DNA of 64,000 bases from the human T2T-CHM13v2.0 reference genome, Homo sapiens, in assembly GCF_009914755.1 (NCBI RefSeq), contig NC_060927.1. One strand, written 5' to 3'. The notes beneath the pieces are model-generated. The model was not told the DNA's origin. It searched no databases and saw only the letters and a program-made list of their open reading frames with translations. This document shows positions 38,721-52,725 of this stretch, piece by piece; position 1 is the first letter of the stretch; the number at the start of each line of letters is the position of its first letter. Both the position numbers and the translations under genes were made by a program.

Positions 38721-40459
38721 CCTGCCTGAAATTAGCATGATTAAAGGTGCCTCTCACGGTGTTTTGGTGAGGATGTGATTTCTAACTAAATTAGAAATCA
38801 GTAGCCTTTCGCATATAAGCATATAACATATTTGATTAATCAAATTTGAAATTTGAATTCATCCAACCTAAGAAGTCATCCTAGACACTTTTTTAAAAAA
38901 AATGGCACAAATGGTGGTGGTATTTTAAAATTGGAAAAAAATTTTAAAGAGAATACATAAATTTCAAAATTCTATCTGGATTAAAATGGAGCTATTTTAA
39001 TCTATTTCTGCAAAGCTACTTGTGACAGTAAATAAAGCATATGGCTCAGGTATAAAAACTATCTGACCCATTTTGGGTAATAACTACACATTAGATCAGT
39101 GACTTAAACATTATCATTTGTATGAGCTATCAACTGGCTAGACCTACAAATACTACAGTTTTTAAACAGGAGTCAAGTATGGCTTAAAATTATCAGAGAA
39201 ATATTTGTTTTAACTCTCATGTACATTTCTAGAAATGTAGTAGCAATCTTATATCTGCAAACAGATACTGATAAAATGTTATTTACCTTATATGACATAG
39301 TTACCAAGGAACATTCCAATTTTTGCTGATGTTTTTAATGTCAGTCAATATGTCTCAAATGGTTTGCTTCTTTCACCACTGTCTATTTTTAAAGTCCCTT
39401 GATAGAGGTGAATGGATATATCTTGGGTTTGTAAAAACCATTCTTATCAAATTATGCCACTGGTTCTTCTCTTCCACAGCTCTCTTGCTACCTAGAAACC
39501 TTTACTTCCTCTTCTGCCTATACATAGAGGTACATCTTTAACTGTAAATTCTTTGGGTAGCCCCCTTGTCACCAAGTCTGTTGACCGATGGCAACTAAGC
39601 CACAGAAACAGTCCATCTGTGAGGAGGATGTGATACAGCCTGTGTAATCACAGAAGCATGGAGAAAGGGCTTAACGAGGAATGGGAGGTAAGTCCCCAAG
39701 CCCTGTATTTTAAGTCATTGTTCAAATGAAGAGAACTCTTGAATAATAAATCTATGCTTTTTTTTTCCTGGGAAGGTAGAGAAATTCAATATTAAACATA
39801 TCTTCACATACATTATTTTGCTGTTAACTACATTTTCATTGAAATACATTTGACTATACTTTTAGGTAGGCTGATGCTCTCAGAAAGTGTTTTCAGAAAA
39901 GCAGAATTATTATTTGATAGAGCTGTTAAACGACCCTCTTTCATCCTGAAGTGGTTAATTTTTTTTTTCAACATTTTAAACATTTTACTGTCATGACATA
40001 CTGGAGTTTTTCTCCCTATCAAGGATATAGGATTAAGAAAATGCATTTCAATTATTAAAACAAAGGTCACAGAACATTCTGAGATGACTGTCTTCCAATG
40101 TAGAAGGCGACATTGTTTATATATTTAATAATACTGTAACAATGACAACCTTCTTGCTTTATAGTTAGAAAAACAGCAATGGCCCATGCATGCAAGGCAG
40201 AGGAAAATATTTTATTTTGTCCCAGAAGCCTTACTGCCTCACCTCTTGAGCACGGTCTACCAAAAAGAGCTTTAACCTTCTCACTGCTCAGATGTGGCCC
40301 AGGCTTAGGGGCGTGATCTTCAAGGCCCAGGTGACCGCTTGGCCGTAGATCTCCTTCACATGGAGGAAGGGAAAGAACCAGTGCATTTCAGTGACTTTAT
40401 GCAATGCACACACTCGGGTGGACCAGGTTGAACCTTTGAGAACAGGATGAAAGGGCCTA

Positions 40460-40686
40460 GCAGCAGGAAAAATCAGGGCTACATTTAGGGAAAATGCCCC
40501 TGTAAAAGAATTGTGAGACCCTGGTGCATATTACCATAAGATTCAGTGGAATACCAGTATCTGGTGGTTTTAATGAATCAAATACAACAATTTTTGTAGG
40601 ATAATTGATCTGAAGTGCTGCCCTGACACCGAGGAATGAATGACTCCACCTTTACACGTCTTTTCAGGCCCTTCAATTCTATGATT
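40460..40686 (+). mobile_element. CR1/L3-like 3' end
   Basis: TTGTGAGACCCTGG...TTACCA...GTGGAAT...; ends in the CR1-type tail TTCTATGATT. Confidence 0.45.
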
Positions 40687-41080
40687 TGTGCATTATATTA
40701 TTTAGAATAAATAATAAAGAACTGAATATGCTTTTTTCTATGTGTGGCATTAACCATCTTTGTGTGTTAATGTGGTACCTGCCAATTACTTGCATTAATG
40801 TAAATGGCTAAAATATACAAATTAAGTTATGAACATACTGTTACATTTAACGGATTAACTGAAAACCCATGAAGATTTCAAGAGTATATTAAATGCATAA
40901 AAACCATTTCCTTGATCTTGAATTTGTAGGCTATTTCTTTTTACCCAAAAAGTGTGTGTTCTTAGAGCCCTGAATGTGTTCTGAGTGTAGCAAAATAAAT
41001 TTAATATATATTGATAAACACGTGATCACCAGACTACATGCTTTGGGAAGCTCCGTCACACTTAGTCATAGTAATCTAGG

Positions 41081-41291
41081 CACAGGTCAGCAAACTTTGT
41101 CTGTAGAGGGATAGACAGTAAATATTTGAGATTTTATTAGACTTAAGGTCCCTGTACAAACTACTTAACTCTGCCATTGCATCCTTATAATTTACAAATT
41201 AATGGGCAAGGTTGTATTCCAATAAAACTTTATTTACCCAAATAAGCAGCAAGCCACTTTTGGCCTATCAGTAGTGATTTGCCTACTCTTG
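41081..41291 (+). mobile_element. MER58A hAT-Charlie MITE
   Basis: GGTCAGCAAACTTT.TCTGTA.AGGG...GTAAATATTT...CCAATAAAACTTTATTTAC; ATCTAG-containing TSD on both sides. Confidence 0.85.
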
Positions 41292-41299
41292 ATCTAGTG

Positions 41300-41410
41300 A
41301 TAGGTATTATTACTGCTGTTTATGGATGATAGAAGGGAAACCCAGAGGGGTTATTTTAGTTACTCAGGGTCTCACAAGTAAGTGGGTTGTGTATTCAAAT
41401 TAGTACCAGC
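41300..41410 (-). mobile_element. MIR fragment
   Basis: TAGGTATTATTACTG...GAAACCCAGAGGGGTTA...CTCAGGGTCTCACA. Confidence 0.55.
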
Positions 41411-41599
41411 TAAATTTATTTGAAAATATATTGATTCATAAACTCTAATAGTATTGTTTTGTGAGGTATTTGCATTCAATAATTATCTATTCCAATAACA
41501 TTTAGATATTATTTCATTGTCTCTCTTGTTATTTATAAATATATTCAAATATTTAAATCAGTTACTCCGATAATTTTAGCTGGCAAAAAATCTGCAAAT

Positions 41600-44500
41600 T
41601 TTTGTATTTTTTTAAATAGACTTAGGGAATACATGTGCACGTTGGTTACACGGATATATTGCATAATGGTAATGTTTGGGCTTCTAGCGTGCCCATCACC
41701 CAAATACTGAACATTATACCCAATGTTGATTGGGTGATGTTTCAACTCTCACTACCCTCCTACCCTCCCCAGTTTTACAGTCCCCACTGTCTGTTATTTC
41801 CCTCTGTATGTTCATGTGGTATTGTTTCACTCCCACCCACACGTGAAAACATGTGGTATTTGATTTTCTGTTTCTGAGTTATTGCACTTAGGATAATGGC
41901 CTCCAACTCCATCCATGCTGCTGCAAAAGACATTATTTTATTGTTTTTTCATGGCGGTATTGTATCCCATGTTGTATACATACCACATTTTTTTTATCCA
42001 ATCATCCATTGATGGATACTTAGGTCAGTTGTATACTTTGCTATTGTGAATAGTGCTGCAATAAACATACAAATGCAGGGGTCTTTTTAACATAACAATT
42101 TATACTCTTTTAGATAGATATCCAGTAGTGAGATTTCAGGGTTGAATGGTACTTCCATTTTTAATTCTTTGAGAAATTTCCATAGAGTTTTCCATAAAGG
42201 TTGTACTAATTTACCTTCCCACCAACAGTGTATAAGCATTCCCTTTCCTCCACATCCTCACTGGCATCTCTCTCTCTCTCTCTCTTTTTTTTTTTTTTTT
42301 TTTTTTGACTTTTTAATAATAGCCTTTCTGACTAGTATGAAATGGTATCTCATTGTGGTTTTGATTTGCGCTTCTCTGATGATTAGTGATGTTGAGCATG
42401 TTGACTTTTATTTCTTTCTCTTGCCTAACTTGCTCTAAGACTTCCAACGCTATGTTGAATAACAGTGGTGAAAGTAGACAACCTTGTCTTATTCCAGTTC
42501 TTAGGGAGAATGCTTTCACGTTTTCCCTATTCAGTAGAATCTTGGCTGTGGATTTGTCATAGGTGGCTTTTATAATTTGAGGTATGTTCCTTAGCAGCAT
42601 GGTTTGTTAAGGGTTTTATTATAAGGAGGCATTGGATTTTATCGAATGCTTTTTCTTCATCTATTGAGATGATCATATGGCTTTTGTTTTAACTCTGTTT
42701 ATGTGGCGAATCATATTTATTGATCTGCATATGTTAAACTATCCTGCATCCCTGTAACAAAACCCACTTGATCATGATGTAGCATCTTTTGATATGCTGT
42801 TGGACTTTGTTTGGTAGTATTTTTTTGAGGACTTTTGCATCTAAGTTCATGAAGGATATTGACCCATCATCTTTTTTGCTATGTTCTTGCCTGATTTTGG
42901 TATCAGGGTAATACTGGTTTCATAGACTGAGTTAGGGAGGAATTCCCCTCCTGAATTTTTTGGAGTAGTTTCAGTAAGATTGATACCAGCTTTTCTTTGT
43001 GGTCTGGTAAAATTTGTCTGTGAATTCATCTGGCCCATGGATTTTGGGGGGTATCTGTTTTTACTACTGATTCAATTTCATTCTTCATTATTGGTATGTT
43101 CAGGATTTCTATTTTTTCCTGGCTCAGTCTTAGAAGATTGTATATTTCCAAGAATTTATCCATTTCCTCTAGGTTTTCTAGTTTGTGCATATACAGATGT
43201 TCATTGTAGTCTGTAATTATCTTTCGTATTTCTGTGGTATCAGTTGTAATCTTTATCTTTATCATTCCTGATTGTGTTTATTTGAATTTTCTTTCTTTTA
43301 TCTTGGTTAGTCTAGCTTGAATTCTATCAATTTTGTTTATCTTTTCAAAGAAGTAACCTTTCGTTTACTTAATACTTTGTATAAATTTTGATCTCAATTT
43401 CTCTAATCTTTTTTTAAATTTCTTCAGTTAGCTTTGGTTTTCATTTGTTCTTGTTTTTCTAGCTCCTTGAGGTGTGACAGTAGGTTGCTAATTTGAGTTC
43501 CTTCTGTCTCTTTAGGTAGGCATTTAATGTTGTAAACATTCCACTTAGCACTAATTTTGCTGTATCCCAGAGGTTTTGATATGTTTTGTCTCTATTTTCA
43601 TTTGTTTCAATTTTTTTTTATATCTGCCTTAATTTCAGCATTTTCCCAAAAATAATTCAGGAGCAAGTTGTTTAGTCTCCATGTTTTGTATAGTTTTGAG
43701 TATTCTTCTTGATGTTGATTTCTAATTTTATTCCACTGTGGTCTGAGAAGATACCTGGTATGATTTCATTTTTGTAATATATTGTACCTTGCTTTATGGA
43801 CAAGCATATGGTCTATTTTGCAGAATGTTCCATGTGTAGATGAGAAAAATGTAAATCCTGAAGTTGCTAAGTAGACTGTTTTGTAAATGTCTAGTAGGTC
43901 ATTTGGTCTCAAATCCAGCTTTTTACTTTTTCTTCTTGTCCCTCATAATGCCTATATCTCATAGGCTTGGTTGCTTTACATAATGCTACATTTCTTGAAG
44001 GCTGTGTTCATATTTTATAAATTCCTTTTTCTTTATTTTTGCCTGACTAGGTTAATTCAAAGGACTTGTCTTCAACTTGGAGATTCTTTCTTCTGCTTGG
44101 TCTAGTCTATTGATAAAAATTTCAGCTATGTTTTATAATTCCTTCCATGAATTTTTCATCTCCAGGAGTTCTATTTGGTTTTTTTAATTAATCTTTTTAG
44201 TAAGTTTTCATTCATATCCTGAATTGTTTTTCTGATTTCTTTGTGTTGGCTTTCAACTTTCTCTTGGGTCTCATTGAGCTTCCTTGCAATCCATATTTTG
44301 AATTCTCTACATTTCAGAATTTTCAGTTTGGTTAGGATCCATTGCTGGAGAGCTAGAGTGATCTGTTTGCAGTGTTGAAATATTTTTTGTACTGCCAGAG
44401 TTCTTACATTGTATCCTTCTCATCTGAGAGAGATGTCACTTCTTATTTTTGAGTTTGCTTAGTTTGAATGGGAACTTTTAATTATTTAGTCCTTTTCCCT

Positions 44501-46152
44501 CGAGGGTATGACTGTAATGTATGTTGTGTATAATCATTTGGCTTTGATTCTGGGTGCTTTCAGGTGTCCAAGGCTCTGTATAACTTCCTTGATTATAGAT
44601 GGTTTTTGTGCAATGACTTCTCAAATACTGATTATTGTAGCAATATGTCAGGCATATGAGCCAACTCACTATCTTCTGAGAGGCTAGGAGTGAGGAGGTC
44701 TCAGGAAGCTTATCTCATTCCCTAGCATTATGCCCTTCTGTCAGTAGGTTTTTTTTTATTTGGTCACGCAGTTTATTCTCCAATACAATAGATAGCATTT
44801 ACAAGTAAGAGCTGACTGATTCTTAGTTATCTGATGACGAAGGAAGCACCTGCCCTAATGAAGGTGGCAGCAGGAGCTCAACATAGAATGTGCTGAGGTC
44901 TCCACAGAGGACGAGGAGACCAGGGAGGGGGTTGCAGTGGCCCTTTGTTCTGGGTAGGCAGGAACATGTTCCACTTCCATATCACCCCCCTGTCCCAGGG
45001 ATCATGACCTTTAGTTCAGACAGACACTGTCCTTTATCTCTAGGCTGTAATGCAACTAGAGTCCACAGAAAATGGCTGTCTCCGGCCTAAAAACCCTTGG
45101 GGTGGAACCTCTTCTAAGCCCCAAACAGACAGCCCTAAGGCTGGTTCCTACCCTACTGCAGGAACACTGCTAGTCTGCATAGGGAGGGGGAGATGAGCCC
45201 CACCCTTCATGCAAGCCTGTGCTGGTAAGCTCATGTTAATTGGGGTGCAGCTGCCCCAAATAGCGCTGGAAAGGCTGTCTCCTAGGGCACCTGTGCCAAC
45301 CTGCAGCAGGAAAAGCCACAGTTGCTTCTGCAGCAGTGGATGAGGGCAGAAGACCCTCTCTACAGGTCTGTTCCTGGCTGCCAGTGCCACCTCTTCACTG
45401 AAGTGAAACGATACTCACCACTTCAGAGATCAGCAATGCACCTGCATCTATGCTGCTCCCAGGTTAACTAAGTCATCTGCTGGTCATAAACAGCATGCTC
45501 TTGAGCAGGGGAGAGTATGTGATCCAGTTTCCTTCGTCCCAAGGAGTGCTTTGGTGAGCTGTAATTCCCCTTGCTCTAGGGGCAGCCCATGCTAAGGGCT
45601 AGATCTCCAGGGATCCTACAGTTCCTCAGGGTCCCACAGTCAGGGTGGGTTCTGATCAATGTTTGCAGGGCATCTAGTGATACAGAGACACAAGGGCTAA
45701 GATTCCCTGGGCAGGATAGTGGCCAACGACAGGTGCACAACCAGTATCTCACCCATCACCCTAGTTCAGATTTGAGGGGAGAATGAAAGAACTTCCATGA
45801 GCTGGCCATCTTGTGCTCTCCCCTCCAGAAGTCCCCAAATTGCTGTGGACAGCAGTCCACCTGAGTGCAGAGAAGTCCTCTGACAATTCAGCAGTCAGTA
45901 ATATGTTGCAGAGGTGAAGGAGCAAAGAAACACCCCACCTACCTTTTCCACGGGACTCCAAGTTCCTCCGGGTCAATCTCTGCCAGACTCTTGCTGCCTT
46001 CTTTTTCTGTGTCCAAGCCTTTTCCCATGGGTTCTCTCACAGGTACAAACCATCTTCTATCAGCTTTCCACTTGGACCATGATCATTCGCCTGTAACTTT
46101 GGATCTTCTTTCTGAGGAGAACTGATATCTGGCATCTCTAGTCAGCCATTTA
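41600..46152 (-). mobile_element. L1PB4-like LINE-1 with both ends but two large internal deletions
   Basis: L1PB-type 3' UTR at ~41610-41900; ORF2 relics ([18 protein letters not shown]; LENLEEMDKFLE); ORF1 relic ~43920-44480; GC-richer 5' UTR ending at ..TAGTCAGCCATTT. Confidence 0.85.
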
Positions 46153-46159
46153 CAATGAC

Positions 46160-46290
46160 CAGTTTGTGGCAAAGGATTTACAAAGGATACCAATGAAGAG
46201 ATACATAGGTTGAAGTGTGGAGGAAGGGACACGGGGCTTCCATGCCCTCCCTGGGTGCACCACCTCCAGGAACCTCCATGTGATTCTAGC
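46160..46290 (-). mobile_element. MER21-like LTR fragment
   Basis: AAAGGATAC..ATGAAGAGATACATAGG...GGCTTCCATGCCCTCCCTGGGTGCACCACCTCCAGGAACCTCCATGTG. Confidence 0.65.
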
Positions 46291-46296
46291 ATAGAA

Positions 46297-46421
46297 AATT
46301 AAGTAATATAATTCTTTACAAGAATTTAAGTAATAATATTCTTAATATTCTTCACAAGAATATTAAGTAACATAATTCTTCACAAGTAGTATAATTCTGG
46401 TCACAAGCAGGGTGCTTGTGA
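46297..46421. repeat. Imperfect iterated AT-rich repeat (unit ~AAGTAATATAATTCTTCACAAG) ending in a 9-bp hairpin
   Basis: About 4 overlapping variants; TCACAAGCA-GGG-TGCTTGTGA at 46401-46421. Confidence 0.8.
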
Positions 46422-46509
46422 GAGTGTGCTATCTGGTTTCTAACAGGCTATTCTGAAAGTCCTAGATAAGGTAGATTTGCCACTAACTTCACACACGTCT
46501 TCTGTAGGG

Positions 46510-47095
46510 ATCCGCCCTGCCCACAGCCATACTTGGTGTGTTGTGGTCTCTGTGACCCTGCCCCTTGCAAAAGCTGGTTGAACAAAGGGTGGGAACTTGA
46601 CCTGTCTATATAGTTTCTGACACTTTATGGCTTACGTGATCTGGTGTGTATTGGAATGGACCCAATGGCTTCCTCTCTTGAAAACTTGGTCATCAAGAAA
46701 CATAGGAAATTCTTGGTTGAAAAGAGTTACTAGAATTACCCTGATTTGATTAGACAAATGTATCAAATTATCACGTGGACCCTGAAGATATGTACATCTG
46801 ATATGTATCGTTTTTCTTAAAGAGTTATAGAGCTGGAAGGTTATGGATGAAGGTTATCTGGGGCCCTAGAATAAGCATCAATAGAAGAATCTTGGGGCAG
46901 AGAGCAGGAGAGAAAGAGGGACAGCCCCTAATAAATAGAGAAACATCGATTACTAAATTTTCAGTTTCTGATTCCATTTCTTGTGAAGTCCAAGTGCTTT
47001 GAGAGGATGCATATCTGTGTTGTATCATTAAATCCCATTTGTTTAACTGTAGCTTGAGTGGGACTCTGTTTCTTGTGTCAAAATGGGCTTGATGA
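46510..47095 (+). mobile_element. Old MLT1 (L/M-type) MaLR LTR
   Basis: 3' end ATTAAATCCCATTTGTTTAAC..AGCTTGAGTGGG..TCTGTTTCTTG. Confidence 0.5.
46730..46818 (+). mobile_element. Extremely 5'-truncated L1MA-type insertion (~90 bp)
   Basis: AATTACCCTGATTTGAT...TGTATCAAATTATCAC...ATATGTACA; TSD AAAGAGTTA at 46721-46729 and 46819-46827. Confidence 0.75.
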
Positions 47096-47799
47096 GTGAA
47101 TAAAGTCATGAGGTTTTCACTTTTACATCCAATTGAATAAAACGCTCTCCATCCCCCTCTCAAGGTTTGGGAGTTGGAATTTCAAGGTCCAAATTGGGGC
47201 TCTTCAAGTTTATTCTTCAGAAGGTACATTTGCCCAAGACTAATATAAATATATCATGAATGAGGCTTATGGCTTTTCTAAGTATGTTTGTTGTTTCTCC
47301 CTCTTTTGAAGTTATTTAAATCCAGAGGGGAAAAATATATGGATTAGTAGGAAGAAGTGAAAAGGTCAGTAATTGGTTATTTGGTGCTGGCTCATGCTTC
47401 TCCAGTGCTCTTAATGATGATATAGTTATGACACAAAAACAGAACAGAGGCCTGGCTTCATGTTCCCTGCTGTTGGCCACAATGCCCAGAACGGGGATTC
47501 CCATCCCCCCATGGGCAGCTTCCCTTTCGCTTCTCCAAACCCACTTCCTTGATAGATATTTTTATTTGGTATTATAGATCATTTTTTCTAGTCAGTGTCT
47601 TAACTAGCAATATAGGTTTATAAAATATTTTGCACACATAGTTATCTCCCATTAGCTGAATTAAGATGTAAATGCACTGTATCTGATTCAAGTAAGTGTG
47701 GCACTTGTTATGCACCAAGTCAGGTCTGCTTGGCCCGCCTGATTTCAAGGCCACTGTGTGGTAGGCAGTTCTTTCTTCTTGCAAATGTCTCAGAAGAAG

Positions 47800-48216
47800 A
47801 GTGTGCCAAAGCTCTCTCCGTTTTGCTTCCTCTGAAGCCATGAGAGAGTGGCAGGGAGAGCAAGGTGGCAGATAAATAGGCACAACATAGAATTGCAGGT
47901 GTGTTGATGACCCCTGGACCAACCTTCAAGCAAAGAAGAACGAGGTTCAGAAAAGAAATGCCCAAATGCTTCCTGTCCTCCAGTGAGTCAATCATGAGTT
48001 CTAATCTTATGCGATTCTTCAGAATCTTCCCCGGGAGACTGGAAGCTAGCTTCCCACTGTGGCTCCCACTTACTGGTGTCTCCTCTGTTTTTCTCTGTTT
48101 CCTGTCTCACTCTTCTCACTTCCCCTCTTCTGTATCCTGGTATCACATCCTAAATAAACTGCCACCATTCGAATTCTAATCTTAGGGTCTGCTTTTGGGG
48201 AACCCAAACTGAGACA
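47800..48216 (+). mobile_element. LTR16-like ERVL LTR
   Basis: TTCCTGTCTCACTC...ATCACATCCTAAATAAACT...CTTAGGGTCTGCTTTTGGGGAACCCAAACTGAGACA; 5' boundary approximate. Confidence 0.75.
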
Positions 48217-48599
48217 ATGACCAACTTATAATTTTTACATACAGCATGTTCATAAACAATACTGTCTGCTTTCTGGATCTCAAAGAGCATCATTGTAAGC
48301 TTCTCATGGTGGTAACCATAAATCTCCCCCTCTCGCAGAGGGCCATGCCAATCATTTTTTCGTAGACATTATATATTTTGCTGGCTTAAAGAAACTGTTT
48401 CTCTAATGTGTTTTTTGCAAGGTACTTATTGATTTAATCATAAATCAACCCCACATGGTCAAAGTTACCTCTCCCATGTTTTCTGTCTTGCAGCAGTGTT
48501 TTTGTGATTGATCAAGTGGTTTGTGGAACAGATTAACTAATATTTTGAAAACAATATTTTTGATAGGAAGTCTGACTTCCCCTACTTTGCTGAGATATT

Positions 48600-48760
48600 A
48601 CAGAATATTTGAGCTGGGAGGATGCTTGAACCCATTCCTGCTCACACCCTGATTTTTACATTGAGGAAACTAAGGCCCAGTGGAATTAAGTAACACTTCC
48701 AGGCTATAATTCACAACAGAGATAAAATTAGAATTTAAACCAATTGGTTTTCAGTACAAG
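48600..48760 (-). mobile_element. MIR/MIR3 SINE
   Basis: TTTTACATTGAGGAAACTAAGGCCCAG..GAATTAAGTAAC. Confidence 0.7.
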
Positions 48761-49873
48761 GGTCTCAGCTCACAGCTTTCAATGCTAAATATAATGTTTG
48801 ACTGTTTCCTTTTCATATTTTTTTTCAAATGTTACCTATAAAACTACAGGTTCTGATACGCTTCTGTGCTGTTCTTATGTTGGAATAGAGTCAGGTGGCA
48901 CAGAAGCTATTGTTACAGCCCCAGAATAGTTTCTGGCATTTTCAGTGGCACAATTGGAGTTTGAGTCAGAGATGTTCTAGTCAACATATTGTATGGGGCA
49001 AGAGGCTAGGTTACCATTGATCCTACCCTGGGAACCTTCAGAGGATCCTATGCTAGAGAAGTACCCACCTCCTACATGGAGACTGTAGAATTAGGCACAT
49101 TAATAATCAAAACTCTCCAAGAATATCTCTGCATCAAATCAATCCAAGCATTAGCAAAGCAGCCAGAAACGTTTTCTTGGAGGCTTCTCCTTGACTCTCA
49201 CTTATTTTCTCACTAACTGCTGGCCCTGCTTTTTTGCCCTGGATCCAACTCCATTATCAAAGACGCCAAGGCAAGTACTGCAATTGGATTGTCTGAAAAT
49301 GAACAACACACAGATAGTGAGGAACAGATATTGTAACACCCTACCGTGCCTGTTAAATTCACACACCGAGAGAACTCGAAACCATCCAGGCGATGGAAGA
49401 AAATGGCGTCTCCCAGAAGAAATAACAGACTTGACAGGTAACACTGAAGAGAGATTTCCTGGCAAGGCAGGCTGAGGGGAATGACCTTTTGAGAACCCTC
49501 CCAAAACTTAATGATGTTAAATAATCAGCCTTTTTGCTGAGACATGAATTTGAATCCTGTGTTCTGAGATGCTGGGGTTTGGGCACAAATCACATTAGTA
49601 CAGTATCATAACACTCAGGGAGAATCTGTCTACCATCAACCATCTTACTAGGCCTTTCTTTAATCCTGATTTCTTTTTGTGACAACTGACCACATAGAGG
49701 TAAATCCCAGAGGGTTTTGTTCCCATTTTGTGGCACTGCCAAATTAAAGGCACCACTTAAGCACCTCTGAGTTAGCACAACACTCCTGGTTTTTTAATAG
49801 CCTTGCACCCAACATCTGCATGTATTTAAGTTTTTTTGTTTGTTTTTGCAGACTTTAGTAACCCTGATTCTAA

Positions 49874-50212
<339 letters not shown>

Positions 50213-50271
50213 TACCTTTTTCATTTTAATCCCTGCCTTAATTTGGGTTTCCCCAGAAGCCAATGCTAAAT

Positions 50272-50821
50272 CAGGATTTTTCAACCTCAGCATCGTTGAC
50301 ATTTGGGGCTGGTGGATTAGTCTGTTTTCACGCTACCGATAAAGACATACCGGAGACTGGGCAATTTACAAAATAAAGAGGTTTAATTCAACTTGCAGTT
50401 TTACATGGCTGGGGACACCTCACAATCATGGTGGAAGGCAAGGAGGAGCAAGTCCCATCTTACATTGCATCAGGTAAATAGAGAATGAGGAAGACCCAAA
50501 AGCAGAAACTCCTGACAAAACCATCAGATCTTATTCACTACCACAAGAACAGTATGGGGAAACCGCCCCCATGATTCAATTATCTCCCACCGGGTCCCTC
50601 CCACAACACGTGGGAATTATGGGAGTACAATTCAAGATGAGATTTGGGTGGGGACACAGCCAAACCATATCAGCTGGGTGAGTCTTTCATGTAAGAGGCT
50701 GCTGTCCTGTACATTATAGGGTGTTGAGCAGCATCCTGGCCTCTTCCCACTAGACCCACTCCTATAACAACCAAAAATGTCTCCTGACATTGCCAAATGT
50801 GCTGTGGAGGGAGAACCACTG
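50272..50821 (-). mobile_element. MER20 hAT-Charlie MITE, split by a THE1 LTR
   Basis: CAGGATTTTTCAACCTCAGCA..TTGACATTTGGGGCTGG | ..CAGCATCCTGGCCTCT..CAACCAAAAATGTCTCC..ATTGCCAAATGT..GAGAACCACTG. Confidence 0.88.
50313..50672 (-). mobile_element. THE1 (A/B-type) solo LTR
   Basis: Complete LTR ending CCAAACCATATCA; perfect 5-bp TSD GCTGG (50308-50312, 50673-50677). Confidence 0.95.
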
Positions 50822-50899
50822 CTCTAAGTCAAGGATTCAAGGGCAAATATAGATTAAATGGAAAAGTATTCTGAGAACAGTGGCACAGGAATAGGAAAA

Positions 50900-50988
50900 T
50901 GTATTAGCATTCTCCAAAGCAGCAGAAAATATGCATATATATGTATATATGTATAATATATACACATATACGCACAAATTTTTTATAT

Positions 50989-51023
<35 letters not shown>

Positions 51024-51378
51024 GTTTATTTTAAGGATTTGCCTCACACAATTGTGGAGGCGCAAGTCTAAACTCTACAGGATAGGCTGGCATGCTGGAG
51101 GCCCAGGGAAGAATTAACATTGCATTTCAAGTATGAAGGCAGCCTGCTGGCATAATTTCCTCTTCTTCAGGGCAGAAGAGTCTTTTTCTATTAAGGCCTT
51201 CAACTGATTGGATGAGGCCCACCCACATTCAGGAAGGTAATCTGCTTTGCCCAAAGTCTGCTAATTCAAATGCCAATCTCATCTAAATGATAGTTTCATA
51301 CCAACATCAAGAATAATGTTTGACCAAATATCTGGGTACAGTGGCCTAGCCAAGTTGATACAAAAATTAGCCATCACA
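50900..51378 (-). mobile_element. MLT2 (ERVL) solo LTR with internal (TA)n(GA)n microsatellite
   Basis: TGTATTAG...TTTATTTTAAGGA...GGCCTTCAACTGATTGGATGAGGCCCACCCACATT...AAATTAGCCATCACA. Confidence 0.88.
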
Positions 51379-51827
51379 AAAAAGGAAAGGAAAAAGCCAA
51401 TAAAGGTGCATCATTAAGCAAGTTCTAATGGAAATAAGAGCATAATTCTGCTATGGAACTTGGGACACTGTATAAAACACATGCTTCACAGTTATCCACT
51501 CCATTTAAGTAGTGAGGGAACTGGAATATTCGTACACCAGTTCCCATCAGCCATTGACTTCCCTAGAGAGTTTAATGCCCTGACATGCCTGGTCTGCTAC
51601 ATGCTCAGGAAAAGCAGGTTCCAGCAGCTTCATTGCAATCTGTCAGGCAAAGAGGTGCTGGTGCTGGCAGTTGGAATTCAGATTGACAAGGAAAAATGGT
51701 AACTGGCCAAAGGGCTATGGGCAAGGTTCTGACAGCATGTGCTATAGTTTGTGTGAAATCAGTCACTAATTGGTCCCACCTCTGTCTGGCATTAGACCCT
51801 CCTCTCTCCATGCCCCCAAATACTTGA

Positions 51828-52725
<898 letters not shown>

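Larger units (their letters stand above)
50233..51746 (-). mobile_element. LTR33-like ERVL LTR, split by MER20 and MLT2 insertions
   Basis: TTGGGTTTCCCCAGAAGC | CAAGGATTCAAG...; AAGCCAATAAAGGTGC...GTTATCC...GAGGGAACTGG; ends GACAGCATGTGCTATA. Confidence 0.7.

Noticed and set aside
46297-46421. CRISPR-like repeat-spacer array
   Set aside because: Units are overlapping, degenerate and lack unique spacers; eukaryotic context with no cas genes
49191-49475. Possible exon/ORF with a CAG|GTAAC donor at ~49437 and a YY1-like AAAATGGCG
   Set aside because: No convincing acceptor or known protein similarity; insufficient support
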